Below are positions 39,341-49,708 of a DNA stretch of 57,717 bases, in pieces. The stretch spans positions 1 to 57,717 of the forward strand of contig CAVUXE010000008.1 of assembly GCA_963745235.1 (NCBI GenBank), given 5' to 3'. The notes under the pieces were generated by a model. That model was not told where the DNA came from. It did no database searches and saw only the letters and a list, made by a program, of their open reading frames with translations. The translations under genes were made by a program, and so were the position numbers. Positions within the stretch are counted from its first letter, which is position 1. Each line of letters opens with the position of its first letter. The DNA comes from an uncultured Spirochaetota bacterium. Lineage in GTDB: Bacteria; Spirochaetota; Spirochaetia; SZUA-6; Fen-1364.

Positions 39341-39952
39341 GTGCGTACCGTCAAAACTTCTTGGACTGAGCGCACAGACAATCCATACTCGGTTGATGAG
39401 CGGGCTTTCATTTCCAAAGTAGCATTGCCTCGTCTGAACGGAATCAAGGATGACAGAATTGCAGAGAAGCTTGCCGAAGACTTTTGGAACCTCTGCAAAT
39501 TGGAAATAGACCGTCTTAAAATACTGGACAGTAAGGCATCTGCCTTGCTGGGACTGTCGAGCATCGCGGCGGCAGTGGTATCAGTTGGCGCGGTTGGTTC
39601 ATCGTCACATCTGCAAACATGGTTGAGATGTGGCTCTATAGCTCTATTTGTGACAACCGTCGTCTTATGCCTGGTTGCTCTTATTGGCCGCATATACGGT
39701 GCACTCATTGATGAAGAAGTATTCTCAAGTATTGATTCAAACAAGGTACGCAAGGGACGAAGGCATCGTTTCACTAGCAAGAAACAATATTTGTGCTTTC
39801 TCAATGAAACAATTTTGCAACGCTGGGTAGTGTATCGAAAGCATTCTGTAAGGAACAAAAGCAAGGCACGTTGGCTATTAGCAGGTCAAATTGCTGCGGT
39901 CCTCTCTGGTTTGAGTCTTTTTGGAGTCATCGTGGTTGCCTTACTAAACTAA
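39341..39952 (+). CDS. AT-rich membrane protein (LDSKA + 3 TM)
   Basis: LDSKASALLG-TM-TM...N..K..W-TM. Confidence 0.6.
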   Translation: MRTVKTSWTERTDNPYSVDERAFISKVALPRLNGIKDDRIAEKLAEDFWNLCKLEIDRLKILDSKASALLGLSSIAAAVVSVGAVGSSSHLQTWLRCGSIALFVTTVVLCLVALIGRIYGALIDEEVFSSIDSNKVRKGRRHRFTSKKQYLCFLNETILQRWVVYRKHSVRNKSKARWLLAGQIAAVLSGLSLFGVIVVALLN

Positions 39953-40219
39953 CCTGACCTGGTTCGCCAGTTCGGCAGGATAGTAAGGGGGCATGCTCTA
40001 GAGGCACAAACTCCGGGCCGTCAATTGGGCAGGCCTTCAAACTCTGAGAGCTTTCCGCTTTTCGTCGATTGGCTTTAGACTTGTCCGGTAGGACTGACTG
40101 GCGGCCTGCTGATCGTGACTGCCTGCGACCCCGCTGTTTACAATATCAGCTCAACAATATAATCTTTCGAAAGCGCGGCCGTGGGCCGCGTAAATGAACT
40201 CAAGCGGGAGAGCAACACA

Positions 40220-40575
40220 GTGGCGAAAGCACAGCAAAAAGAGCGTCGACTAAGGCCCCTGACAAGCTCACGAGCGCATCGATAATCGAATATCTTGCGG
40301 AGAAGAACAGCCTTGTCCGCAAGGAAGTTAAGCAGATTTTGGAAGATCTGTTCGAGATCGTCGGTGACGGCGTCATGCGCGGCGAACGGGTCGCACTCGG
40401 CAAGATGGGCAAGATGTTCATCAGGGTGAGACCGGCGCGGCCTGCACACATGGGGAGGAATCCGCTCACGGGCCAGGAGATCAAGATCCCGGCCAAACCG
40501 GCGACGAAGGTGCCCCGATTCACGTTCAGCAAGACCTTCAAGGAAGCCGCGTTGAAGGCGAAAGCGAACAAGTAG
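40220..40575 (+). CDS. HU-family DNA-binding protein (indel in A-run near 40240)
   Basis: G.RVAL..MGK....RPAR.GRNPLTGQEIKIPAK...PRFTFSKTFK; frame extends upstream of the track ORF towards GTG 40220. Confidence 0.85.
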
Positions 40576-40634
40576 GGTTCCTGTTCGTGTGCGAGCTCGG
40601 CATAAGTACCTGAAACGGATATAGAGGGGCTGCG

Positions 40635-40928
40635 GTGAGCAGTGCTCAGTCGGAGGGAATGAAAAAACCCAGACGATCCGCTGCGGAAGAGTATGAGCGA
40701 GTGGTAGCAGCTGCCTCACGAGAGTACGAACGTTGGAAGGCAAAAGTAGATGACGAATACGAGCGATTGATGGCTCCGATTGAAGAAGAGTACCTGCGGG
40801 TGAAAGCGCAAAATGAAGCCGAACGCAAGCAACTGTTGGCGGCGGCGTTGGCAAAATACAAGCGGAAACGAGCCGAGGCCTGGAAGAAGTATTTTCCAGA
40901 GGCTCCGTCTCGAGAAAAGCCGAAGTGA
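40635..40928 (+). CDS. small coiled-coil protein with EYER repeats
   Basis: 11-residue periodicity EYER...EYER...EYER...EYLR; GGAGGG RBS before MKKPRR. Confidence 0.55.
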   Translation: MSSAQSEGMKKPRRSAAEEYERVVAAASREYERWKAKVDDEYERLMAPIEEEYLRVKAQNEAERKQLLAAALAKYKRKRAEAWKKYFPEAPSREKPK

Positions 40929-41200
40929 AGACAAAATCGCACGCCGAAATGAGTGCAGAGACTTCGGAAATAAACGTCAGCGGCCTGCAAGTACTGGTCG
41001 TCCGGAGATATAGAGGACTTAGGTTCGCTTGTTTCCGTAAAATGTCTTGTACGAAATCGCTTCGCGATGGCTCGTTGAAATGGCCGCCTGCTTCGTGAGC
41101 GGGTCGTCTCACTGATTTCTGGTTATTTCGCGATTCTTCCAAGCTTTCGCTTGAACGGTACAATTCTCCTTGAAATCCAATCTTTCAAGGAGATACCACT

Positions 41201-42047
41201 ATGGGTGCCATCAAAGAGCGAATGAAGCAGGACCTTGCCATCAGGGGCCTGAGTGAGAACACGCAGCAGAGCTATCTGACCTGCGTCAAACAGTTCGTGG
41301 GACACTTCATGATTTCCCCCGAGCGGCTGGGCCTGAACGACATCCGCGCCTACCAGCTGTATTTGATCCGTGAGCGCAACATCGCCGAGAGCAGCTTCAA
41401 CGTCCACGTTGCTGCTCTGAAGTTCCTCTACGGGATCACGTTGCAACGGAGATGGAACCTCGATTTGTTCCCCTATCATCGCACAAGCAAACGGCTGCCG
41501 GTCGTCTTGAGCCGAGAGGAAGTCGTGCAGTTGTATCATGCCGTTTCTTCCTTGAAGCACAGGGCGATTGTCCTCACCCTCTATTCGACTGGCCTCAGGG
41601 TGAGCGAGTTGGTTCATCTGAAAGTCCACGACATCGACAGCTCGCGGATGCTCGTGCGGGTCCAGGAGGGAAAGAATCGAAAGGATCGCTATGTCGGCCT
41701 TTCGCCAAAACTCTTGGAGCTGCTGCGGCAGTACTGGCGCAGCACAAATCCCGCCTCCACGAACATGGCTGTTCCCTGGAGATTCCCCTGGCCATCCGCT
41801 CACCCGATGCGGGGTGGGGAAGATGATCCGCAAGGCCAAAGAGCGGGCGGGGATCGGCAAACCCGTGAGCCCCCATACGCTGCGACACTCCTTCGCAACT
41901 CATTTGCTGGAGTCTGGGGTGGATGTGCGAAGCATACAGCTCATGATGGGCCACGGAAGTCTACGTTCCACCGTCCAGTACCTTCACGTTGCCAGCACTA
42001 CTTTGCATGAGTCACCGAATCTACTGGACCTGCTGGACATTCGCTGA
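41201..42047 (+). CDS. tyrosine recombinase (SAM-like N-terminus), frameshift near 41755
   Basis: GLSENTQQSY, YSTGLRVSE, GKNRKDR, PHTLRHSFATHLLE.G, MGH....T..Y. Confidence 0.9.
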
Positions 42048-42065
42048 ATCGGGCTTTTCCTCCCC

Positions 42066-43278
42066 ATGTCCTCCTGCTCCCCCTCCGAGGGGAACCCTCC
42101 GTCAGCAGAAGTGGCGGACATATTCCGTGATCACCTCCACGAGCTGAGAAGCATCGGCCCCGAGCAGTGGAAGGTCGTCAATGCCCTCATCTCCTGTCGC
42201 ACTGCCCGTCTGGGCGGACACCTCTACGCCTGCGACCAGTGTGGCCAAACCCTTCCTGTGTACAATTCATGCCGCAATCGCCACTGTCCCAAATGCCAGG
42301 CAGCCGCGCGGGCGAAGTGGCTTGAGCAACGCATGGGTGAGCTTCTGCCCGTCGAGTACTTCCATGTCGTTTTCACCATTCCTGATGTGCTGAACCGCCT
42401 TGTCCTGGTCAACAAAGCGGTGCTCTACGAGATCCTGTTCAGAGCGGTAAAAGAGACGCTGCTGCAATCAGCGCTCAATCCAAAGAACCTGGGAGCATCC
42501 GTCGGGTTCCTGGCCATCTTGCACACCTGGGGCCAGAACCTGCTCGATCATCCGCATTTGCACTGTCTGGTGCCCGGCGGCGGACTCTCCCCCGATGGCA
42601 TTCGGTGGATCTCCTGCCGCAAGGGATTCTTCGTCTCGGTGAAAATCTTGAGCGCGTTGTTTCGTGGCAAGTTTCTCGACTTTCTCAAGAGTGCGTATCG
42701 GAACAAGCGACTGAAGTTCCCCGGTCAAACCAGCCAGTTCGAGTCGGGGGAGGCGTTTCAGAAGCTTCTCAATCGAGCGTATGCGAAGAACTGGGTCGTC
42801 TACGCCAAGAAACCCTTCGCCGGCCCCGAGCAAGTTCTACGCTACCTGGGAAGGTATACCCACCGTGTGGCCATCTCCAACCATCGTCTCATCGACGTGC
42901 TTGACGGCATCGTACGATTCCGCTGGAAGGACTACCGGCACGCGAATGCCTGGAAAACCATGTCCGTCTCGACGGCCGAGTTCATGCGAAGATTCTTGTT
43001 GCACGTGCTTCCCACACACTTTATGCGAATCCGCTCCTACGGCTTGCTGAGCAACAGGAATAAGAACGAAAATCTCGCCGTCTGCAGGAGTCTTCTCTGC
43101 GGCTCCTCAAAGACAGAGCAATCGGAGAGCCAAGGACTATCACCGGCACAACCCAACAGCGACCTCGGAGACTGTCACTCTGTGTCCGAATTGTCATCAC
43201 GGTTACTTGGTTTCCGTGATGATCATCGAACCCGAGCGATATTACCCCGGGAAAACCAGAAGCCTGGATTCCTCATGA
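42066..43278 (+). CDS. IS91-family transposase with Zn-binding N-terminus (C-terminal frameshift)
   Basis: CRT..LGG...CDQC...YNSCRNRHCPKCQ, LHTWG....HPHLH (HUH), YLGRYTHR (Y2); CPNC is in another frame near 43182; end approximate. Confidence 0.9.
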
Positions 43279-43526
43279 GCGGCCGCCTTCGTCTGTGTGC
43301 TCAACGATCAATACCTCACAGCCTGCGCCACATTCTCGAGGATCGTCCGAAGACCACCAATTCCAGCTTCCAAGACTACTTGCGCCCAGCAATCTTTCGC
43401 ATCGGCGATTGCCTCAGCCTTCGGATAGGAACTTTTCCGCATTCGCCTTCACGAGGCTTTTTCTTTCAAGACTGATTGGGATTGAAAACCCATAGTACTT
43501 CGACGGGAAGCGATTCCGTACAACAA

Positions 43527-43607
43527 TTTCTATGAGAAGCCGTTCCTTCAGACGTGCCATCATATCGGCCGGGTGAGGGCTATTGCCCCCTCGGCTTCTC
43601 ATAGAAA
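43527..43607. repeat. 81-bp element with perfect 16-bp inverted ends
   Basis: TTTCTATGAGAAGCCG ... CGGCTTCTCATAGAAA. Confidence 0.8.
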
Positions 43608-43613
43608 CCTAAT

Positions 43614-44030
43614 CAGGCTGTCGAAAAAGCCAGTCGCTTCAGAAAAAATCATTGTTTGGCCCGACCGCATGTTGTACGATAAGGAGTCCGAATCCGCCAT
43701 TCGTGAAGCATGGGAGGGACTTTCATCCCGGCATTCCTCGTTCCGAATCGAGCTCAGATGCTTCTGCTACACAGAGGTTGACCTCTCGACAGTCGCTCCT
43801 GAGGGGAGCGCGGTGCATATCATCGACGAGCTGGTAGATTCTTTGGACACGCGCGCAATTGAAGAATCATATGAAGTGAACTCCGAGAATGGACGACCCC
43901 CCTTTCATCCGAAAACACTTTTGAAAGTCGCTCTGTTGGCACTTCACAGCTCCCAGGTTCTCACTACGCAAGATGGAAGAAGACACGATCAACAATCTGG
44001 CCTACAAGTTGGCTCACCGGCGCTATGAGC
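43614..44030 (+). pseudogene. IS1182-like transposase 5' remnant
   Basis: CAGGCTGTCGAAAAA end-like sequence; VHIIDELVDSLD...GRPPFHPKTLLKV...MEED...NLAY. Confidence 0.65.
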
Positions 44031-44039
44031 ATCGATCAT

Positions 44040-44749
44040 TCGACCCTTTCCAGGCCGCACGTGAGGCCCTGGACGGGCTGCTGAATGCACTGTTCGCCGC
44101 CCGCGAGTGGGGCGGTGCCCGCGTGACCGTGGCGAGCACTATAGGCGTATACGGCGGCGCGTTCGCCCAGACGTTGCGCGAGGAAGCGCTTCTCCCCTTG
44201 GCTGCTACGCACGTCATTCCCGCGTTCAAGAAGATCTACGAGATTCTGTGCTCCTACGTGGGTTCGCACGCGGGGCTGGAGGTGGCTTGCTTGCGGCTTT
44301 CGGCGATCTGGGGACCCCTCGGCAGGCCAGACTCGCCATTCTTCCCTCTGCCGCGTTTCGTACACTCCGCCGTACGCGGGGACGGAAGGTCGGCCTCAGT
44401 CTCGACGGGTGCGCGCGTGTTCGCAGAGGACGGGATGGACCTCTGCTACGTGAAGGATTGTGGGTTGGCCATCGCAATGGTGCAGTTGGCCAGGAATCTC
44501 AATCACCAAGTCTACAACGTGGGCTTCGGCCGCGCGGTCACCAACCGAGAGGTGGTAGAAGCAATTCGGCGCGCAGTTCCTGGCGCTTCCATCGATCTCG
44601 CGGAAGGCTTCGACCCTGAGGGCTCCGGGCACACAGTGGGAATGGACACCGGTCGGTTGCGCGAGGATACCCAGTTCTCCCCCCGTTACGGCATCGAACG
44701 CGGTATCGCCGACTACGTGTCATGGCTTCGTGCCGGGCACGAACGCTGA
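44040..44749 (+). pseudogene. NAD-dependent epimerase/dehydratase, 5'-truncated
   Basis: ASTIGVYG, LRLSAIWGP, DLCYVKDCG, VYNVG.G, MDTGRL..D..F.P; the Rossmann N-terminus is missing. Confidence 0.75.
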
Positions 44750-44976
44750 GCCGTGAGCGTCCTGGCATGCCACTCGGAGCCCCATTCCGCCAAGGATTCG
44801 AAGCGGGACACCGGCCAAGGCGGGCTCACCCCAAAGCCAGGCCGCGGAAGCCCTCTCCACAACAATTCAGTCGGCGAGGGTCACACTTCGGACTTCACCT
44901 CGTAATAGGCTACTAAAGATAATGCACACCGGCGTCAAGGGTCGGCTATTTCGGCCACTGTCTGTCGTCAGCGGCC

Positions 44977-45891
44977 TCAGTCCGTGTTGGTTGGGATCTC
45001 CGAACCGCAGATCTTATCGACTACTGCCGCGAGTTGATCGCGGCTAACGAAGCAAATGCTAACCCTTCCGGATTCGTGCGTGCCCTCCAGGGCAAGGTCG
45101 ACTCCAGCTCCGAGCTTGGCGCGTAGTCGATCTATAAGACGGTTGAAATCGATCGGTTTGCTCACAGAAAGTCCCGGATCCGGAGATGGTTCTTGTATAT
45201 CGGGTCCCGGTTCCCCACCATTGAGGCCTGATGCGTCTTTCTCCCTAGCTCGAATCGTGTTGTATCCTTTGTTGATAGAAAGCTCCCCTCTCTTGACCGC
45301 AGCAGCCATTTCCGGATCGGCGATGACCTTGCGAGCTCTTTCAACCTTGCGAGTGGATGTCCCGATTTCTCTGGCAGTGCGTTGGGCGGTACTGGCAAGA
45401 CGCTCTCCATTTCCGCCACGTGGCGGAAATGGAGAGTTACCCTTAAAGCCGGTCACCTTTTTGTCGATTACGCCGAGAACGGAAATAATCTCCGCGTCGC
45501 TCAGATTCCGTCGGTCTCTCTGTGTGTGTATGGCGTAGTCACGCGCTTCCTCAGCATTTGCAAAGTCATGAAGGTACGCCGTCACTGTCAGCCTTCCAAT
45601 TTCCTTGGCTGCCTGTGCTCGTGTAAAACCATCTACAAGGACGTACTCGAATCCGTCCTGGGTTGCCCTTTTCCAGACGTCTATAGGCTTGGACTCATCG
45701 TAGCCATGCTCCTGCATGTGGGACCTTATTGCGCTTCTTACTTGATCACGGATCGGAAAGAGTGACTTGAACGGTTCCTCCAGCAATAGCTCGTCGATGT
45801 TCATGTTGAGAGTTTCGATTCGCCTGACTGATGAGTTGTTCCCGGACTCAGCTTTTGCAGCAAGGGCAGATAGATCGAGTTTTCGTGACAT
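44977..45891 (-). CDS. ParB-like partition protein
   Basis: LFPI...GYD...PI.VW...LVDGFTR..AA...QRDRRNL, HTH TAREIGTSTRKVERAR. Confidence 0.8.
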   Translation of the reverse strand: MSRKLDLSALAAKAESGNNSSVRRIETLNMNIDELLLEEPFKSLFPIRDQVRSAIRSHMQEHGYDESKPIDVWKRATQDGFEYVLVDGFTRAQAAKEIGRLTVTAYLHDFANAEEARDYAIHTQRDRRNLSDAEIISVLGVIDKKVTGFKGNSPFPPRGGNGERLASTAQRTAREIGTSTRKVERARKVIADPEMAAAVKRGELSINKGYNTIRAREKDASGLNGGEPGPDIQEPSPDPGLSVSKPIDFNRLIDRLRAKLGAGVDLALEGTHESGRVSICFVSRDQLAAVVDKICGSEIPTNTD

Positions 45892-46647
45892 CTAGTACCT
45901 CCCAATTGCGCGATCTGCCCCGATGAGGCCGGCCAGATCATGGATAGCGTTGAACAAAGTCATCTTGCTCACGGCATCAGTCATCTTTTCCTTAGTGTCG
46001 ATACTGCGTTGAAGCAGCGTTGTCTCAGGGATTTGGACAGGAAGAATTACACTGTCGAAAGTGTTGCGGAAGAGGGTCTCGTACTGGTTACGGAGGGACT
46101 CGGAATTGCTCGTTCTGGGGGCTCTGTAGAAATTGAAAACGATCCGCCAGGCCGGCAGACGATCTGTATCCTGGGAGATCTGATCGCGGTAGAAAAGTGC
46201 TCCCTTGAAATCGAACTGGGAAAGCCTCACGGGCGTCAGGATGAAATCTGACGCGCAGATTGCGTTCTGGACCAGGTTGTCATAGGTGGGCGCGCAATCA
46301 ATAAGGATAAAATCGTAGTCTGGCTTGGTCTCGGCGATCATTCGCTTAAGGGTGTTCGCCCCGATGGTCCTGAGGTTCGTCAGCGAAAATGACGAGGCCA
46401 GAATATCGATCCCAGAGCAGTTGGAAGGGAGAATGTTGCTGGTCAGATCCTTCGAGTTCAAGGCAAGCGCCAAGTTCTTTCGATTCGTAACCGAAAGCTC
46501 GTCAAGGTAGTAGAACGAGAGCGAGTTTTGAATGTCGAAATCCACGACAAGCACTCGGTAGCCGGCCGCCGCGCAGTAGTTCGCGACATGAATGCAGATG
46601 CTGGTCTTGCCGGTACCACCCTTGATGCTTGAGAACGAGACTACCAT
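45892..46647 (-). CDS. parA: ParA-family ATPase
   Basis: KGGTGKTS, DFDIQNS, DFILIDCAP; GGAGG RBS. Confidence 0.9.
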   Translation of the reverse strand: MVVSFSSIKGGTGKTSICIHVANYCAAAGYRVLVVDFDIQNSLSFYYLDELSVTNRKNLALALNSKDLTSNILPSNCSGIDILASSFSLTNLRTIGANTLKRMIAETKPDYDFILIDCAPTYDNLVQNAICASDFILTPVRLSQFDFKGALFYRDQISQDTDRLPAWRIVFNFYRAPRTSNSESLRNQYETLFRNTFDSVILPVQIPETTLLQRSIDTKEKMTDAVSKMTLFNAIHDLAGLIGADRAIGRY

Positions 46648-46689
46648 GTTGCACCTCCAATTCTGCAATTTGGGGAAAGAGATCACTCT

Positions 46690-48732
46690 TCACCTCTCGC
46701 GGCTCTCAACTTCCCGCTTTTCCGTTTCTCCTGTGCTTGGAATCGTTTCTTTCGTGTATGTACGCGCGTGAAACGATTCTGAAACGATAGGAAGCCGCCA
46801 CTTCGCGGCCCGTCCCTTGCCCTCTATTTCGACTTTGCGGTCCCTGGCGGCTCGCCAGACCGTTGTCTTTGACAGTCCACGCTCGGCGCCTAGGGTATAG
46901 ATTTCATGCGCCAGTACCTCCTCAGAGCTGCCCAGGACCTCGGTAAGGAGTTCCATGGCATCGGATCGCTCTCGTCTTCGGTCAACATCGTCTAGGGCAA
47001 TCAGCGAATCTGCTTCGACCCCCTCCACCTGCTCACCCCAGCGGATTTGGGGAAGTTTGCCCGATTCGGTTGAGACAAGAGAGAACTCAATAGCCTCCCC
47101 AAGGGGGGCATACGAGTTCTTAACTGGTACGAATAGAGATCGTTTAGCGTCATCCGGATGCCTTGCTAGCATGTAGACCGCCCGCGCCAGCGCCACTACG
47201 GCAACGCTGCCCAGCACGCGGAGCATGGCGCCGTTGGTGACTGACTTTGTGAAATGGGCGAGGCAAAGAGTCGTCACATTTCTTCTTTCGCTAAGTTGGG
47301 CGAGATCCGCCAGGACCGGTCCGAATGCGTCCGTTCGGAAGGTGTCGATCCCAGCGGTACAGCTAGTCAGCGAATCGATGATGATTAGGCGCGGGCAATT
47401 CATTTCGTCCAGGGCTGCCTCAATTGGGGATGTGCCATCAGCCAAAGTGAAAAGCTCAGCACGATCTGTGCGTTTGAGTCGGATGTCGGCGATTGAAACC
47501 CTGTTGAGTGCCGCACCGGCGACACGTAGCCGCGGAACAAGCGTTTTCGCTGCCGACTCTTCCGCCGATAGAAAGAGCACATCACCAACAGCCGGCTTTG
47601 TGCCATCGGGGAATGGGATCCCCGCGCTTACGTGAGCCGCAAGGGCCGCCGCAAAGGTTGACTTACCAGAGGAGGGATGGCCAACCAGGACCGAGTACTC
47701 ACCGAGGGGTAGTCTATTTTCCCACAGCCAGTCGACCGGGCGCGTAGCGATATCCGAGGCGCGTTGTATGCTGAGTCTTGGTGAACCGCACCCGGGTTCG
47801 ACCTGAACGATTCTCTCGGTTGGACAATTCCTGATAAATCGTTCCAGATCAATGGATTCAGACATAGCGTCCGCAATATCCCAACCCGGTGGCCTGTCTT
47901 CGATTCGAAGTACCTTTGCATGGGGCAGTTGGGCACTTATGGCAAGAGCAGCTACACGGCCAGGCTCATCGGCGTCTGGCCAGACCACTACTTCCCGATT
48001 GAGGAGCGGAGTCCAGTCAGTCTTTGCAACTGCCAGGGCACCGCCACTCCAAGTTGTGATGAAAAACGGGAAGTCCTCAGGAATACGGACTGTGGCACAC
48101 TTTTCACCTTCGACAATCAAAACAGCGGAGTGGCTATTCAGTAGCTCGGGCAATCGAAATAGCGGTCGCCCCGTCGCCAGGGGCTGACCCGGATGCCACG
48201 AGTCGTCCTCTCCGAAGTACCACGGGATAACGCTCTTCTTGGCGTTCTCGGCTTCGTACCTGCAAACGTGGAAGAGCATTTGGCCGTCCGCCTGACGATA
48301 GGGCCACGTTCCGACAAGGCTGCCGTAGCGCCGTCGCGTCAGGTCGCTGTCGAACGCTGTCTCAAAACAATCGCTTGCCGAAGCCGGAATCGGAAGCACT
48401 CCCCGGTACTTCGCTCGGTCTTGGTGGACCTCCGGAGCTTCCAAAGGCTCACAGCATCCTGCCTCACGGACAATGTGCCTGGCAGCCTCGAGTGGTGGAC
48501 AGTTCTTAGCAAGCCCAACGAGGTCGATGAAATCTCCGCCCTCACCTGTGGCAAAGTCATACCAGCGTCCGTCTTTACTGATTGTGAATGATCCGGTGTG
48601 CGAGTCAGCGCGAAGCGGCGACAGCGTTTTGTATTCGTTGCCCTCCCATCGCGAGCTCTTACATCCGAACATGCGTTCTATCAGTGAGGCCGTGACCACA
48701 TGCCGCGCCAAGCTGAAAGTATCCCGGCTCAT
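46690..48732 (-). CDS. primase (TOPRIM)-helicase (AAA_25/RepA-like) fusion
   Basis: WYDFATGEGGD, VLIVEGEKCA, WPDADEPG, Walker A GHPSSGKST, LIIIDS. Confidence 0.85.
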   Translation of the reverse strand: MSRDTFSLARHVVTASLIERMFGCKSSRWEGNEYKTLSPLRADSHTGSFTISKDGRWYDFATGEGGDFIDLVGLAKNCPPLEAARHIVREAGCCEPLEAPEVHQDRAKYRGVLPIPASASDCFETAFDSDLTRRRYGSLVGTWPYRQADGQMLFHVCRYEAENAKKSVIPWYFGEDDSWHPGQPLATGRPLFRLPELLNSHSAVLIVEGEKCATVRIPEDFPFFITTWSGGALAVAKTDWTPLLNREVVVWPDADEPGRVAALAISAQLPHAKVLRIEDRPPGWDIADAMSESIDLERFIRNCPTERIVQVEPGCGSPRLSIQRASDIATRPVDWLWENRLPLGEYSVLVGHPSSGKSTFAAALAAHVSAGIPFPDGTKPAVGDVLFLSAEESAAKTLVPRLRVAGAALNRVSIADIRLKRTDRAELFTLADGTSPIEAALDEMNCPRLIIIDSLTSCTAGIDTFRTDAFGPVLADLAQLSERRNVTTLCLAHFTKSVTNGAMLRVLGSVAVVALARAVYMLARHPDDAKRSLFVPVKNSYAPLGEAIEFSLVSTESGKLPQIRWGEQVEGVEADSLIALDDVDRRRERSDAMELLTEVLGSSEEVLAHEIYTLGAERGLSKTTVWRAARDRKVEIEGKGRAAKWRLPIVSESFHARTYTKETIPSTGETEKREVESRER

Positions 48733-48959
48733 GGACGCTGGTTTCTCGGCTTTCCAACCGGAACCTTCTGCGAGTTCAGGAACTCCTGCAGGTCCTGGAC
48801 ATCGAATCGGACAAGTCTTCCGACATGAAGGTGCGGCACGCGTCGCTGCGACACCAACCTTCTCAGACTTTGAGGCCTGATATGCAACAGAGCCGCCGCG
48901 GTGTTGTAGTCAATCAGGTTGATGTTAGTGGAGGTGGACATGGTTTCTTCGTTGTTCAT
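48729..48959 (-). CDS. excisionase-like HTH protein
   Basis: AAALLHIRPQSLRRLV...VPHLHVGRLVRF....L.EFL. Confidence 0.8.
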   Translation of the reverse strand: MNNEETMSTSTNINLIDYNTAAALLHIRPQSLRRLVSQRRVPHLHVGRLVRFDVQDLQEFLNSQKVPVGKPRNQRP

Positions 48960-49708
48960 GAGGGCACCGTATCACCTGGTTGAGCTGTGAGTCGAATTTC
49001 GAGGAAGGCAGAAATATGGCTAGTTTTGGCTGTTCTTAGCCCACATTTTTGCTTCCTTTCAAAATCCTTGATTGCTTCCGCGGCGGTCCGACAGATGGAA
49101 CTTTCCTTTCCGGGTAGAAATTTTTTCGAGGCGCGCAACGGGACAAGCGGTTGGAGTTGGTCAATAACCCGAAGGATGAAAAAAATAGGATAGCCTTTGT
49201 AGCGCTTGCGACTTTTGTCCCATGTGACGAAGCCCGAACCACCGCAGGCCAGATATGTGCGATACAACTCAATCACCAAGTGCTTGAAATCCAAAAGCTC
49301 AGGACGTCCTGCCGAGCGAGCTTCCAAAGATCGCCTCTCGGCCGCTTGCTCAATCTTTCTGACGAGGCTTATCGCGCGTTTCAACGAAAACAGGTACCGG
49401 TTGCCTCCCTTCGGTTCAAAGAGGTTCAAACCATGCAAAACAGCGTCGTAGGAATATAAGGAGAGCTCGTTCAAGGCCCTTTCGGCCGCCACCGCTTTCT
49501 TGAAGATTGCTCGCGCCTTGTATCTGGACGCCTCCGCGCCGAAGGGAGGCGCGAAGCAGTACGATTCCGCCTCCGCCAGAAACTCTTCACAGAGGTCGTA
49601 GATTCGATTCTTCGCCGCCGCATTCAGAGACACTTCCCGGCTTTCGATCTTGTCGAAGTCCAGCGACAGTTCGTCAGAAAACCCGAAATAACGGGATTCG
49701 TCCGTCAT
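48956..49708 (-). CDS. hypothetical protein
   Basis: 250-aa ORF coupled between integrase and Xis. Confidence 0.6.
   Translation of the reverse strand: MTDESRYFGFSDELSLDFDKIESREVSLNAAAKNRIYDLCEEFLAEAESYCFAPPFGAEASRYKARAIFKKAVAAERALNELSLYSYDAVLHGLNLFEPKGGNRYLFSLKRAISLVRKIEQAAERRSLEARSAGRPELLDFKHLVIELYRTYLACGGSGFVTWDKSRKRYKGYPIFFILRVIDQLQPLVPLRASKKFLPGKESSICRTAAEAIKDFERKQKCGLRTAKTSHISAFLEIRLTAQPGDTVPS

Larger units (their letters stand above)
41047..43523 (+). mobile_element. integrase + IS91-type (Y2) transposase element with imperfect terminal inverted repeats
   Basis: TTGTACGAAATCGCTTCGCG (41047-66) vs reverse complement of 43504-23 TTGTACGGAATCGCTTCCCG, 18/20. Confidence 0.7.

Noticed and set aside
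44790-44815. GGATTCGAAGC as att remnant of tRNA-Val
   Set aside because: The match to the tRNA 3' end is too short and imperfect
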